Assembly: GCA_963803435.1 (NCBI GenBank)
Contig: CAWDML010000001.1
Location: forward strand, 2,240,001-2,304,000
Direction: 5' to 3'
Origin: an uncultured delta proteobacterium
GTDB lineage: Bacteria > Myxococcota > Kuafuiibacteriia > Kuafuiibacteriales > Kuafuiibacteriaceae
Length of the DNA: 64,000 nucleotides
Part shown: piece by piece, positions 29,274 to 39,646 of the stretch
Layout of the letters: every line of letters begins with the position of its first letter
Numbering within the stretch: position 1 is the stretch's first letter
Program-made: the position numbers and the translations under genes
The notes under the pieces: generated by a model
Seen by the model: the letters and a program-made list of their open reading frames with translations, nothing else
Databases searched by the model: none
Told to the model about the DNA's origin: nothing

Positions 29274-32200
29274 TCAGCTGCGCGGCGCGCCGGCGTCGAT
29301 CCAGCGCTTGATGATCTCGAGATCGCGGGCGGACAGCTTGTCCATCTTGAGCGGCATGCGCCGAACCTTTTCGTGCGGATTGTCCTGGGTCAACACGCGG
29401 TAGAGGAACGATCCCTCAGAGCTCCCCGGGATGACGAGCGTCTCGCCGGGCACCAGCTCCGACGTCGCCCCGATCAGGTTCGCCAGCGGATCCTGCGCGG
29501 CATGCTTCTTCTCGCCGACGGCCGGATCGTCCCATTGCGGATACTGATCGTAGCCGAGGACCAGGCGGCCATGACGGAGCACGTCGCTGTGACAGGGCAG
29601 GCAGTTGTCCTTCACGATGAAGCGGACGTCCTGATCCCAGGTCGGCCGCTCGGGCAGCATCGCGGCGTTCTGCTCGGCGTTCTTCGCCACGAACGTCACC
29701 CCTTCGTCGAGCATGACGCGATCCACGTTGTCGATGTTGCCCGCGCGCGGCCAGCGGGCGCTGTCCTCCGGACCCTCGACGATCAGCGGTCCGTTCGGGA
29801 ACAGCTCGTCCGCCTTCCCGATCGCCTGCGCGTGATCGTAGGCCTGGTGCGAGACGCGGGACATCAGACGGAGGAACTCCGGTGGGAAGTGGCGATACCA
29901 GACCTTGACCGCGACGCGGATCGGGCCGACCAGGTTCGCCGTGTCGACACGGACGTCCCAGTAGTGGCGCTGGGGCTGGTAGAAGCGGAGCGACCGGTTG
30001 TTCGGCATGTGGTTCGCGTTGAGCGGCACGAACGTGAAGGCCTCCAGGGCCGTCGTCCCGTTCGGCATGCCCAGATAGGAGAGCAGGTCGGTGAACTCGG
30101 CGCGCTCGCCGGGGAAGTGGAAGACCTCCTTGGTGTCGTCCACGTACGGGAGCGTCGGGTAGGTCATGATCCACGGGACCTGCGCTTTGGAGTCGGACAG
30201 GCTGGCCGGGATCTCCTCGGGGCCCTCGCAGGAGGCGTCGCCGGGGAGCGGGCAGCCGCAGATCCGGTAGAAGATGTTCGTCGCGTAGACGAGCCCGAAC
30301 CGATCGCCGGGATGGAGCTGGTTGCCGTCGAGGCGCGGCAAGAGCGGTTTGTACTCGGGGAACGGGTAGAGGATCTCTTCTCGTTCGTCCGGCGTGTTCG
30401 TGACCGAGTACTTGAGCGGCGGCAGCGCGTTCAGCGGCATGATCTCGCGCGTGCCGGTCACCGGATCGAACACGGTCACGCGCCCGTTCATGGTGCTCGG
30501 GTTCCAGTCGCGCCCGCTCAGCTCACAGGAGTACGGGTCGTTGCCGGGGATGTGGGCCTGATCCAGGCGATTCACCTTGGCGAAGTCGACCTGGGCGGGG
30601 TCCGCCGGGTCGAGCCCGAGATCCAGCACGTGCCAGGAGAGGAGGAACCGGCCGTCCTCGAGCTGCGGCAGCGTGTTCCCGATCCGGTGGAGGAAGATGT
30701 CCTCGTCCGCGGTGCGGCCGTCGGCGAGATGCTCGTTGGTCTCGTCGTGCGGCTTGTCCATCAGATGCCCGGAGATGCCGCGGCAGATCTCCTCGTGGTT
30801 CCCTTCGCCGAAGAAGCGGTTCATCACGTCGTTCGCCTCGGGCGCGTCGTGGGGCTTGGGCGTCCAGCGCGGATAGCGGCCGTCGACCAGAATCCTCGTC
30901 GGTGTACAGGTCGTCGAGACCGCCGAGCGGGCAGTCGATCACCGGCTGTCCCGGCGCGCCCATGTCCTGGACCGTGAGCTCCGCCCACACCTGGCGCTCC
31001 TGCGAGAAGCCGGCGGAGACGTTGTGACCGCCGTTCACGTTCATCATCCAGACCTTGACCGGGAGGTTGCACATGCCCGCCTCGTCGCAGCAACTGCCAT
31101 CGCTGCAGTCGCGATCGGTCGGATCGAGGACGTCGGGCGTTCCGGCGAGCGACATGGTCACGGCGTGCGCGAGCTGCTGGCGGCGCCGCTGATCGAGCGA
31201 GACCGGGAGTGTGTAGTCGGGATCCTGCGCCGGCGCGTTGGCCTCCTTCTGCGAGGGGAGCGCCAGCTCGGCGGGGAGATCCTGGCCGTCGTAGCCGAGG
31301 AGGGTCGGATTCGGCGCGAGATAGCCGAGCCCGATGTCGACGCCGGTCATGTTGTGCGTGGTGACGCGCGGGCGATGGCGCACGCGGAGGTTGTTGCGCG
31401 TGGTGGGGACGCCGTCGGTCTCCGACAGCGCGATGACCGACCCGCAGACGCCGTTCGGCTCACAGTCGGCCTCGGAGGCCGTGTGCGCGCCCGGGAACGT
31501 CCCAGGTGGCGCGTACGGGAACAGCGACATGTGGCAGTCCTGACAGACGATGCGCCGCGGATTGCCGTCCTTGTCCAGGTACGGGTTGTCGCGCGGATCG
31601 GCGTCCGGATGGAGGTTGAGCGGGCTCCGGAACCACTCGGTGTAGAGGTTCTCGAGGCGCGCGAAGGGCTCGTTGTGGATCGGCTCCACCTCGACCTGGG
31701 GCGTGTTGATGTTGTCGATCGGCAGACGCACGTCGTGGCAGGCGCCGCAGAACTGGCTGGTCTTGAGGTACGGGCGGATGTCGTCCGGCTGCCCGGGGAA
31801 GCTGACCTTGTATGACTGCGCCGCCTCGTCGGCGCCGTGCGAGACCTCGTGCGCGATGTTCTCCGCCACCTCGCCCCGCGGGAAGGGTCCGAAGCGGGTG
31901 GTGCCCTCGCGGTTGTACCGGATCGCGACGTTCGCGATGCCGCGCTCGAAGAAGTCCTCACCCTCCGGGTGCTGGCCGCGCGAGATGCGACGACAGCGCG
32001 GGTCGTCCGTCTCCTCGCACTGCTCCCGCAGCTTGCGGGCGCACTCGGGCGTGTTCTCCTTGCAGGCCTGGCCGGCCTCCTCATCCACCAGATCGTCGAA
32101 GGGTGCGCCGACCTTGTGGCAGGAGTCGCACGTGATGCCCTGGAAGGTGATCCGGCGGCGCGCCGTCAGGTCGAGGTCGATGTCGGTGTTGCTCTGCTCC

Positions 32201-32641
32201 TCGCTGGCCCGGCCCGGCGGCTCGAGCAGCGCCTCGTCGGCGTTCGGATAGCGGATACTCGCGCGTCACGTCGCCGGTCTGGGGATCGCGGAAGGAGGCG
32301 TTCGGGTCGAGCGTTCCGTCCACCAGCGCACCGCCGGTGGGCGCGTGACACTGCACGCAGAGGACCACGCGGCGGAAGAACGGACCGCGGCCGGAGGCGG
32401 TCGCCAGATAGTTCGCGGTGATCTCGAGCGACTGATATCCCGGGTCGAGCCCACCCCCATAGTTGTGAGAGGAGCCGGCCCACTCGCGGAACTGCCTCGG
32501 GTGACAGCGCCCGCAGTCCGAGGCCGTCGAGGCCGGCAGGAAGCCCCCCGTGTCGTTCGGCGAGGGCGGAAGGCCCTCGTCGCACGCGACGCCCAAACAA
32601 AGGATCGAAACGACCGCAAGGCTCTCGAGTGCAAGTCGCAT
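29274..32641 (-). CDS. Large (~1120 aa) multiheme c-type cytochrome lipoprotein, 6 CxxCH (two single-base frameshifts at ~32257 and ~30892)
   Basis: Lipobox LGVAC; CGRCH, CVQCH, CDSCH, CGACH, CQDCH and C-terminal CLPCH; the three annotated ORFs join when one base is removed at each site. Confidence 0.8.
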
Positions 32642-34266
32642 CAGAAGCTCCCTTTGACCGCCACTCTCACCGCGTGAAACGCGCTGAGATAGTCGTAAAA
32701 GATCGAAGAATCGCTCGCGAACTCATAGGCGAGCCGGACGCCGGTGTAGCGCGTGAACTGCCAGGTCGCGTCGACGCCGAAGCCGTAGGCGCCCTCGTCG
32801 ACCGCGTCGGCGAGGTAGCGGTTCGCGAAGCGCGCGAACCGACCGAAGCCCTGGACGCCCACCGACAGGCTGCGCTCCGAGAGCAGCCTCCGGCCGCGGA
32901 ACCCTCCGCCGTGTACGTACCGCAGTCCGCCTGACACCTCGTGCGAGAGGTCCTCGCCGCCGGCCGACCAATCGCGGAAATTGCCGTCGGCGCCTTCCCC
33001 TCGGAGGTACTTGATGCCCTCGACGCCGAGCTGGGCCTCGAGCCCGTTCCCTTCGTCGAGCTGGAAGCTGGCGTCGGCGGTCAGCCCGTAGCGGATGTGG
33101 GTCGCGTCGTACGGCGAGGACTCCAGCTGATCGCCGTAGGAGACGCGGAAGCCGGCGGTCGGCTGGAGATCCAGCCAATCGGCGAGCGGGATCGACACGA
33201 TCGCGTTCAGATCGCTGTACGGCTGTGGATCGATCATGTTGAGACGGAACGTCTCGTAGGTCGTGCTCCGATCGCGGCGCGTGAGCCCCTCCCCTCCCGC
33301 GAGGTCGTAGAAGAGATCGCGTCCGATCTTCTGATCGAAGTCGATCATGAAGGCCGTCGCTCCGATGGCGAAGCTGGCCCCGGCGCGGACGTGGCTGAGC
33401 GCCGGGAAGGTGAGCTCGGCGGCCGCCGTCAGGATCAGGCTCGACGCGTTCGCGTACTCGATCCGAAGGTCGCCGATCGTGGTCCTTTGATCGACGGTCT
33501 CGGCTCCGCCCTCCAGCGGCTGGTCCCGGGAGAAGAGAGCGACCGTGCGCCGGTAGTGCAACACCTCGGCCTCGATCGAGAGCGGGAAGTCCTCGCCGAA
33601 GTCCCACCCGAGATCGCCGCCCACCAGGAGCCCGCCGTTCAGGAAGCCGGCGTCCCCCTGCGTGCGATCGAAGCTGGACGACCGCGAGCCGACGCGGACG
33701 GCGGCCTTGGCGTGGGGACCGTCGTAGCCGAGCGTAACGCCGTCGAACGTGACGCCCACGCGGGAGATGTGGAACTGCCGCCCGGCCCGCACGTGGAGAT
33801 CGCTGAGGAAGCCGTCCTGGGTGATGCCTTCCATCTCGACGTACGCCAGGTGCAGGAACAGCGCGCGGGCGTCGCCGAAGCGGTGCGCAATGCTCGGATT
33901 CACGGCCGGTGCGGCGCTCACGCCGATCTCGTCGGGCGTCGTCCCTGGAACCCCGCGGAGATCGAAGATCCCCGAGCCCAGGCCGTAAAGATTGAGCGTG
34001 GGCCAGAGAATGCCCCGCGTCCCCAGCGCCGCGTTGCCATCGAGGAACAGGTTCGAGTCTTGATACGAGCCGTCGGTCGGGATCATCCCGGTGACGTCGG
34101 GCTGCCCGGTGAGCCCGGTGAACACCGGCGCGAACCCGATCTCGAAGTCGAGGATCACGCGGCGCTCCGCGTCCGGAAGATCGACCGGGACGATCGACGT
34201 CGTGGTCTCGTCGGCGAGCGCCGGCGACGCAGAGAGGAGGAGCAGCGCGACCAGCGGCGCTTTCAT
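32641..34266 (-). CDS. Outer-membrane beta-barrel protein, putative cytochrome-associated porin (541 aa)
   Basis: RBS GAGGAGG; signal peptide ALA-D; RAGRQF and many amphipathic strands; C-terminal VAVKGSF; ATGA overlaps with both neighbours. Confidence 0.8.
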   Translation of the reverse strand: MKAPLVALLLLSASPALADETTTSIVPVDLPDAERRVILDFEIGFAPVFTGLTGQPDVTGMIPTDGSYQDSNLFLDGNAALGTRGILWPTLNLYGLGSGIFDLRGVPGTTPDEIGVSAAPAVNPSIAHRFGDARALFLHLAYVEMEGITQDGFLSDLHVRAGRQFHISRVGVTFDGVTLGYDGPHAKAAVRVGSRSSSFDRTQGDAGFLNGGLLVGGDLGWDFGEDFPLSIEAEVLHYRRTVALFSRDQPLEGGAETVDQRTTIGDLRIEYANASSLILTAAAELTFPALSHVRAGASFAIGATAFMIDFDQKIGRDLFYDLAGGEGLTRRDRSTTYETFRLNMIDPQPYSDLNAIVSIPLADWLDLQPTAGFRVSYGDQLESSPYDATHIRYGLTADASFQLDEGNGLEAQLGVEGIKYLRGEGADGNFRDWSAGGEDLSHEVSGGLRYVHGGGFRGRRLLSERSLSVGVQGFGRFARFANRYLADAVDEGAYGFGVDATWQFTRYTGVRLAYEFASDSSIFYDYLSAFHAVRVAVKGSF

Positions 34267-35813
34267 CTCGACCTCCTCAGGGCGCTCTCGACGTTCCGCG
34301 GTGGGATCGTCAAATCGAGCGAGTGGCACCGTTCGCACGTGGACTCGAAAGTATGGCAGGTCATGCAGGTTCTCGCATTGACGCGAGCCACCCGAGCGTG
34401 ATGCGTGCGAAAGTTCTGAAGAGGAAAGTGGCTCTGCGGCGCGACGTTGTGACACTCGGTGCAGTAGTCGACCTCGTGACAGGTCGCGCAGGGCTTGGGG
34501 TTGCGCGCGGCGAGCCGTCCGTGGCCGACCGTCCGGAACCTCAGCGTATGTGAGCGCGGGCGAGTGACCGCATGACAATCCTGGCAAGCGTCGCGCTTCG
34601 AACCCGAAGTGCCGAGATGACAGAAGTTGCACGTCGCGCTGGCCGCCTGCGCGGCGCGACCGTGCTGAAGGCGGAACAACGGCGTGTGATCCTGCGGCGC
34701 GCTCGAGGAGGTCTTCATCGGCGGCTTGGGCCGGGAGAACACGCCGGTCGCCTTGGGAAAGGCTGGCGGCGGCGGCGCGGCGCTGGGCGTCGACGTCTGG
34801 GCGATCTGGAGCAACGAGGGCAGCTCGAGCAGCTCGAACGTGGGCTTGGCGGCCAGCACACTCCCTGGATGGGCGGGGCCGCCGCATCGCCGCCCCGGCC
34901 GGGAGGCACGGGAGCGCACGGGCGGCTTCGCAGAGCGCGCGAAGACCCATCGTCGAGGAAGTACGTCGACGGACGCCGTATGGTTACCGGGCAGCGGCTG
35001 GCTGTTGACGTCCCCCGTGTGGCACAGGCCGCAGTTCTTCATCCGCTTGTCCACCGGCGTGAGCTCGGAGTCGTGGCACGCGGTGCACACGCGCATCTCG
35101 GGGAGGCTCAGCTCATCGACACGGTGGCTCTGATCCACATGCTCGTGACAGTACCGGCACTCGACGCGCTCGCCGGTGGGCGCGATCATGTGCTTGCCGT
35201 GCGTGAAGCGAATGTCGTTCTCGAGGTGCTTCAGGAATCGCCGCGCGCGTCCCGGGCCGTCGCCGCGATGGCAGCCCTTGCAATCCTTCATGCGCGGGGC
35301 CACCGACTCGGCGTGGCACTTGCCGCAGACCTCGTGTCGAGGGAACGAAGCGTAGGCCTCCTCCGGGCTGGCGACGCGGTGACAGTCGTTGCAGTCGAGC
35401 CCCGAGCCCGACGACTCGGCGGTCGCCGGCGCCAGGTGTTGCGCGTGATTGAACGAGGAGACCAGCTGCGCCGTGTTCCGCACCTGCGGATAGGGGCGAA
35501 GCGGCGAGCTGTGCTCGTGGAGCGGATCGACGGACACGTGGCAGACCTCGCAGAACGCGCCGGGCTCCTGATAGAACTGCTTCTCGTGCTGGTGGCAGCC
35601 GTCGCAGGGCGCGTGTGCCTGCGACCCTGGCCGCATCAACGCGTACTTCTGATCGGGATCCGCGAAGTGGCAGGCCTCGCACTCGAGGCCCTCGGCGAGA
35701 TGATGGTCGTGCCGGAAGGCACCGATCTGGGGTAGCGCGGTCGGTGGTGGCTCGCTGCCCTTCGGACAACCGCTCAGCACCAGCGCCATCGCGATGAGTC
35801 TGACTCTCGTCAT
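34263..35813 (-). CDS. Multiheme c-type cytochrome lipoprotein, 15 CxxCH (9 + 6)
   Basis: Lipobox LSGC; three FxHxxH-led triheme modules, a linker, then six closely spaced CxxCH. Confidence 0.9.
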   Translation of the reverse strand: MTRVRLIAMALVLSGCPKGSEPPPTALPQIGAFRHDHHLAEGLECEACHFADPDQKYALMRPGSQAHAPCDGCHQHEKQFYQEPGAFCEVCHVSVDPLHEHSSPLRPYPQVRNTAQLVSSFNHAQHLAPATAESSGSGLDCNDCHRVASPEEAYASFPRHEVCGKCHAESVAPRMKDCKGCHRGDGPGRARRFLKHLENDIRFTHGKHMIAPTGERVECRYCHEHVDQSHRVDELSLPEMRVCTACHDSELTPVDKRMKNCGLCHTGDVNSQPLPGNHTASVDVLPRRWVFARSAKPPVRSRASRPGRRCGGPAHPGSVLAAKPTFELLELPSLLQIAQTSTPSAAPPPPAFPKATGVFSRPKPPMKTSSSAPQDHTPLFRLQHGRAAQAASATCNFCHLGTSGSKRDACQDCHAVTRPRSHTLRFRTVGHGRLAARNPKPCATCHEVDYCTECHNVAPQSHFPLQNFRTHHARVARVNARTCMTCHTFESTCERCHSLDLTIPPRNVESALRRSR

Positions 35814-37375
35814 GATCCCTTCCCCTCGACATCGACCGGTCCGTGGCATCGCGCGCACGCGAAACCGGTGTCCTTGAACGCGAGCGTACCGTCGTGACAG
35901 GTGCGGCACGTCTGCATCCGCGGGTTCTGGCCGCCGTCGATCTGCTGGTGGCAGACGGCGCAATCGAGCTTCTTGGCGCTGGCGGCGTCGGCGCGCTTCC
36001 AGCCCAGAGCGGCGGCGTCGATCACCTTCGCCGTCCGCACGTCGACCCGATGCGTCTCGTGCTTGAACTTCTCGGTCACCGCCCACTTGGTCGGCTGCTC
36101 CTCGGGCTTGAGCGTGCGGTGGCAGCCCTCGCACTTCGTCATCGGCTGCGTCTTGAGCGTCTCGTGGCACTGCGCGCAGAGCTCGTGTCCCGGCGCCATC
36201 AGACCGCCTGCGATCGCCGGCTTCTCCGCGCCCGACTGCTCGTAGTGGCACTTGTCGCACGCCGTCTTGTCGTGCTTCGCGTGCGGGAGATCGGAGGCCA
36301 TCTCGCGCTCGGAGCGGAAGCGCTCCTTCACCGGATTCGCGCGCCACGGATCGGAGTGCTCGTGACAGACGCGGCAGATGCCCTTGCTCTCCCGGGTGAG
36401 GAACTGCTGCTGGTGGCACTTCTCACAGGGCCAGTGACCGTTGCGCTGCTCCTTCGGATCGAAGTTCCTCCCGCCCGCGGGGAACCAGAGCCGGCCGCGC
36501 TCCGTCGTCGGGTGGCAGTCGACGCAGACGTAGGCGCCGGTGGGGCCGACGACGTTCTGATCCGCGTGGCGAACGTGGGAGAAGAAGCACTGCTCCTTCG
36601 TCGGCGGCTGCGCCTCCGAGATCTGCGCCGACTCGTGACAGCGCCGGCACTGCGATCCGACGGCGTCGAACGCCTGATCGCCGTCGTGGCACGAGGTGCA
36701 ATCGGCCATGGCCGGGAGCGGCGTGTGGACGCCCTTCTCCACCTTGGCGTTGACGTGACAGCTCGCGCACTCGTTCTTGCCGGTCTTCTTCGCGTGGGAC
36801 GCGTGGGTGAAGAGGTTTGAGACCCGATAATCGGACCAGGTCGACGAGGCGAGCGCTTCCTCGGGCGCCTTCTTCACGTGGCAGCCGTTGCACGTCGCCA
36901 TCGCCGGCTTGGCCTTGCTCTCGTGGCAGCCGGCGCAACCGCGATGCCCGGTAAAGACCATGTCCGGTCCGCCGGACTCGGCCCGGTCGTGCGTATGGCA
37001 GACCTCGCACTTGCCCGCCTCGACGTGCGTCTTGTGGCCGGAGCTCGCCAGGGTGAACTGCGAGTGCTCGCCGCTGCGGTAGGGCGGATAGACAGCCTTG
37101 TGGATGTTGATCCCGTGACCGCCCGGGCCCGCGACGTGGCAGGTCCGGCAGAACTCCGGCTTCCTCGGATCGAACTTCACCAGCTTGCCCGCGTGGCAGC
37201 CCGCGTTCTCGCACGGCTTGTGATCCTTCTTCGGGAAGCGCACGTGCCCCCAACCGTTGGACTTCGAGCGGTCGTGGCAGTCGTTGCACGCGACCGTGGC
37301 GTGCTTCTCCGAGAGGTGATCGAAACGTGGCGGGTGCGCAGCCAGGAGCAGGCCCGCCCAAATCAGGAGACTCAT
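35810..37375 (-). CDS. Periplasmic multiheme cytochrome of c7/c3-like repeats, 17 CxxCH + 1 CxxxxCH
   Basis: Signal peptide; six triheme modules, each led by FxHxxH-type distal His residues. Confidence 0.93.
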   Translation of the reverse strand: MSLLIWAGLLLAAHPPRFDHLSEKHATVACNDCHDRSKSNGWGHVRFPKKDHKPCENAGCHAGKLVKFDPRKPEFCRTCHVAGPGGHGINIHKAVYPPYRSGEHSQFTLASSGHKTHVEAGKCEVCHTHDRAESGGPDMVFTGHRGCAGCHESKAKPAMATCNGCHVKKAPEEALASSTWSDYRVSNLFTHASHAKKTGKNECASCHVNAKVEKGVHTPLPAMADCTSCHDGDQAFDAVGSQCRRCHESAQISEAQPPTKEQCFFSHVRHADQNVVGPTGAYVCVDCHPTTERGRLWFPAGGRNFDPKEQRNGHWPCEKCHQQQFLTRESKGICRVCHEHSDPWRANPVKERFRSEREMASDLPHAKHDKTACDKCHYEQSGAEKPAIAGGLMAPGHELCAQCHETLKTQPMTKCEGCHRTLKPEEQPTKWAVTEKFKHETHRVDVRTAKVIDAAALGWKRADAASAKKLDCAVCHQQIDGGQNPRMQTCRTCHDGTLAFKDTGFACARCHGPVDVEGKGS

Positions 37376-37534
37376 CAGATCTCGTCCAACCCCGCGCTGC
37401 TTCTAGCGAAGGCCGCACCGCGGCGCCAGGCCGCGGCGGGTGAGCACGTGTAAGGAGACCGGTTGAAACGTGTGTGAGCGAGAACCGCGATCCCACGATC
37501 CGATCAAGGGCCGACGCGCGTACGGGAGGTGCGG

Positions 37535-39646
37535 ATGCGTTGGGTGCGAAGCATCATGCTCACGGCCTGCGCGATCGGAACGGTGCTTGCTCACGCGGCG
37601 CCGATCCTCGCGCAGCCGGCGGGGACCTCGAGCGCCGCGGAGGCGCTCGATCGAAGCTATCTCGAGCTTCAGAGGCTCGACGACACCGAAGAGATCATCG
37701 TCACCGGGACGCGGCCCACGACCGCCGGCTCGGCGTCGATCGTTCGCGCGCGCGATCTCCTGCTGCGGCCACGGCGGCGGCCCGCCGACCTCCTGGAGGT
37801 GATCCCCGGTCTCGAGGTCGTCCAGCACGCGGGAGGAGGCAAGGCCAACCAGTACTTCATCCGCGGCTTCGACGCGGACCACGGCACCGATCTCGCGCTC
37901 AGCGTCGACGGCGTGCCCGTCAACATGGTCAGCCACGGACACGGCCAGGGCTATGCAGACCTCCACTTCGTGATCCCGGAGCTGGTGGATCGCATCGAGG
38001 TGAAGAAGGGCCCGTACTTCGCCGAGCTGGGCGACTTCGCCACCGCCGGCGCGGTCGACATGATCCTCCGCGAGGATGTCCGCGCCAACAGCCTCAGCCT
38101 GAGCGGCGGCTCGTTCGACACCTATCGCGGCCTCGCGATCGGCGGCGGAGACCTGGGTCCCGTGGGTATGCTCTTCGCCGGCGAGCTGTACGCCACCAAC
38201 GGACCGTTCGTGGAGGGCGAGTCGCTGCGTCGCTACAACCTGCTCGGCCGGGGAGAGGTGCCGGTCCTCGGCGGCGATCTCATGCTCACGCTCGACGCCT
38301 ACGGCGCGCGCTGGAACGCGTCCGGGCAGATCCCGAACCGAGAGGTGGCGGCCGGCCGGCTCGATCGCTTCGGCACCGTCGACGCGACCGAGGGCGGGAG
38401 CTCGCGGCGCATGGGCGGCTCGGTGCGCTGGCGAAGGAGCTCCGGCCACGACGACCTCTCCCTGATGGCCTACGTGACCCAGTCTCACCTCGACCTCTTC
38501 TCCGACTTCACCTTCTTCAGCCGCGACCCGGTGAACGGCGACGAGATCGAGCAGACCGACGATCGCATCGTGGCCGGTGCCGACGCGCGCTATCGCTTCG
38601 ACACGAAGCTGGGGCCGATCGATCTCACCAGCCGCTTCGGGCTCCAGACCCGGACCGACCTCATCGACAACGGCCTCTTCCACGACCGCGCCCGCGCGCG
38701 CCTCGAGCCCGTGGTGAGCGCGCACGTCCGGGAGACCAGCCTCGCCGCCTACGCCGAGGAGGAGCTGCACCTCACCGAGTGGCTGCGGGCGCAGCTCGGT
38801 CTCCGGGGCGACTACTTCCACTTCGCGGTGGACGGCTCCGGCTCGAAGCACGCCTTCGCGGCGAGCCCCAAGGGCAGCCTGATCGTGACGCCGCTCGACG
38901 ACACCGACGTCTTCGTCAACTTCGGCCTCGGCTTTCACTCGAACGACGCCCGCGGCGTGCTCGCGCCCGAAGACCCGGTCACCCCGCTCACACGCGCGAT
39001 CGGCGGCGAGCTGGGCGCCCGCACGCGGCTCTTCGATCGTCTCGACCTGGCGGCCACGGTGTTCCTGATCGATCTGGCCAGCGAGATCGTGTGGGTCGGC
39101 GACGAGGGTACGACCGAGGCGAACGGCCCGACCCGGCGCCTCGGCGTGGAGACCGAGGCGCGCCTCCAGCTCCTGCGCTGGCTCTGGGCCGACGCCGACT
39201 TCACCTTCGCGCGCGCGCACTTCACCGGCGCGGCGCCCGGCGCCCGCGAGATCCCGCTCGCCCCCCGCCTGACCGTGAGCGGCGGCCTCTCGGCGATCCA
39301 CCCGATCGGCATCTTCGGTCGCATCGGCGTCCAGCACGTCGGCGATCGCCCCGCCACCGAGGACGGCTTCCTCACCGCGGTCGGCTACACCAAGGCCGAC
39401 CTCACGCTCGGCTACCGCACCCACATGTTCGAGATCAGCGTGGACCTGGAGAACCTCTTGAACGCCGACATCCGCGAGGCGCAGTTCGCCACCGTCTCCC
39501 GCCTCCCCTCCGAGACCTCCGCCGCCTCCTGCCCCGACGGCACCCGCGCGGTCTCGGACGGCGGCGCGTTCCTCGGCTGCGAGGACCTCCACTTCACCCC
39601 CGGCCCGCCCCTCTCCGCCCGCCTGACGGCCTCGCTCTTCTTCTAG
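37535..39646 (+). CDS. TonB-dependent receptor
   Basis: EEIIVTG TonB box; plug QHAGGGKANQYFIRGFDADHGTD and IEVKKGPY; ENLLN; C-terminal Phe. Confidence 0.93.
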   Translation: MRWVRSIMLTACAIGTVLAHAAPILAQPAGTSSAAEALDRSYLELQRLDDTEEIIVTGTRPTTAGSASIVRARDLLLRPRRRPADLLEVIPGLEVVQHAGGGKANQYFIRGFDADHGTDLALSVDGVPVNMVSHGHGQGYADLHFVIPELVDRIEVKKGPYFAELGDFATAGAVDMILREDVRANSLSLSGGSFDTYRGLAIGGGDLGPVGMLFAGELYATNGPFVEGESLRRYNLLGRGEVPVLGGDLMLTLDAYGARWNASGQIPNREVAAGRLDRFGTVDATEGGSSRRMGGSVRWRRSSGHDDLSLMAYVTQSHLDLFSDFTFFSRDPVNGDEIEQTDDRIVAGADARYRFDTKLGPIDLTSRFGLQTRTDLIDNGLFHDRARARLEPVVSAHVRETSLAAYAEEELHLTEWLRAQLGLRGDYFHFAVDGSGSKHAFAASPKGSLIVTPLDDTDVFVNFGLGFHSNDARGVLAPEDPVTPLTRAIGGELGARTRLFDRLDLAATVFLIDLASEIVWVGDEGTTEANGPTRRLGVETEARLQLLRWLWADADFTFARAHFTGAAPGAREIPLAPRLTVSGGLSAIHPIGIFGRIGVQHVGDRPATEDGFLTAVGYTKADLTLGYRTHMFEISVDLENLLNADIREAQFATVSRLPSETSAASCPDGTRAVSDGGAFLGCEDLHFTPGPPLSARLTASLFF

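Noticed and set aside
29274-32641. Programmed frameshifting or pseudogenisation of the large cytochrome
   Set aside because: No slippery heptamers; both shifts are single insertions in GATC, like others in the window, so sequencing error is more likely.
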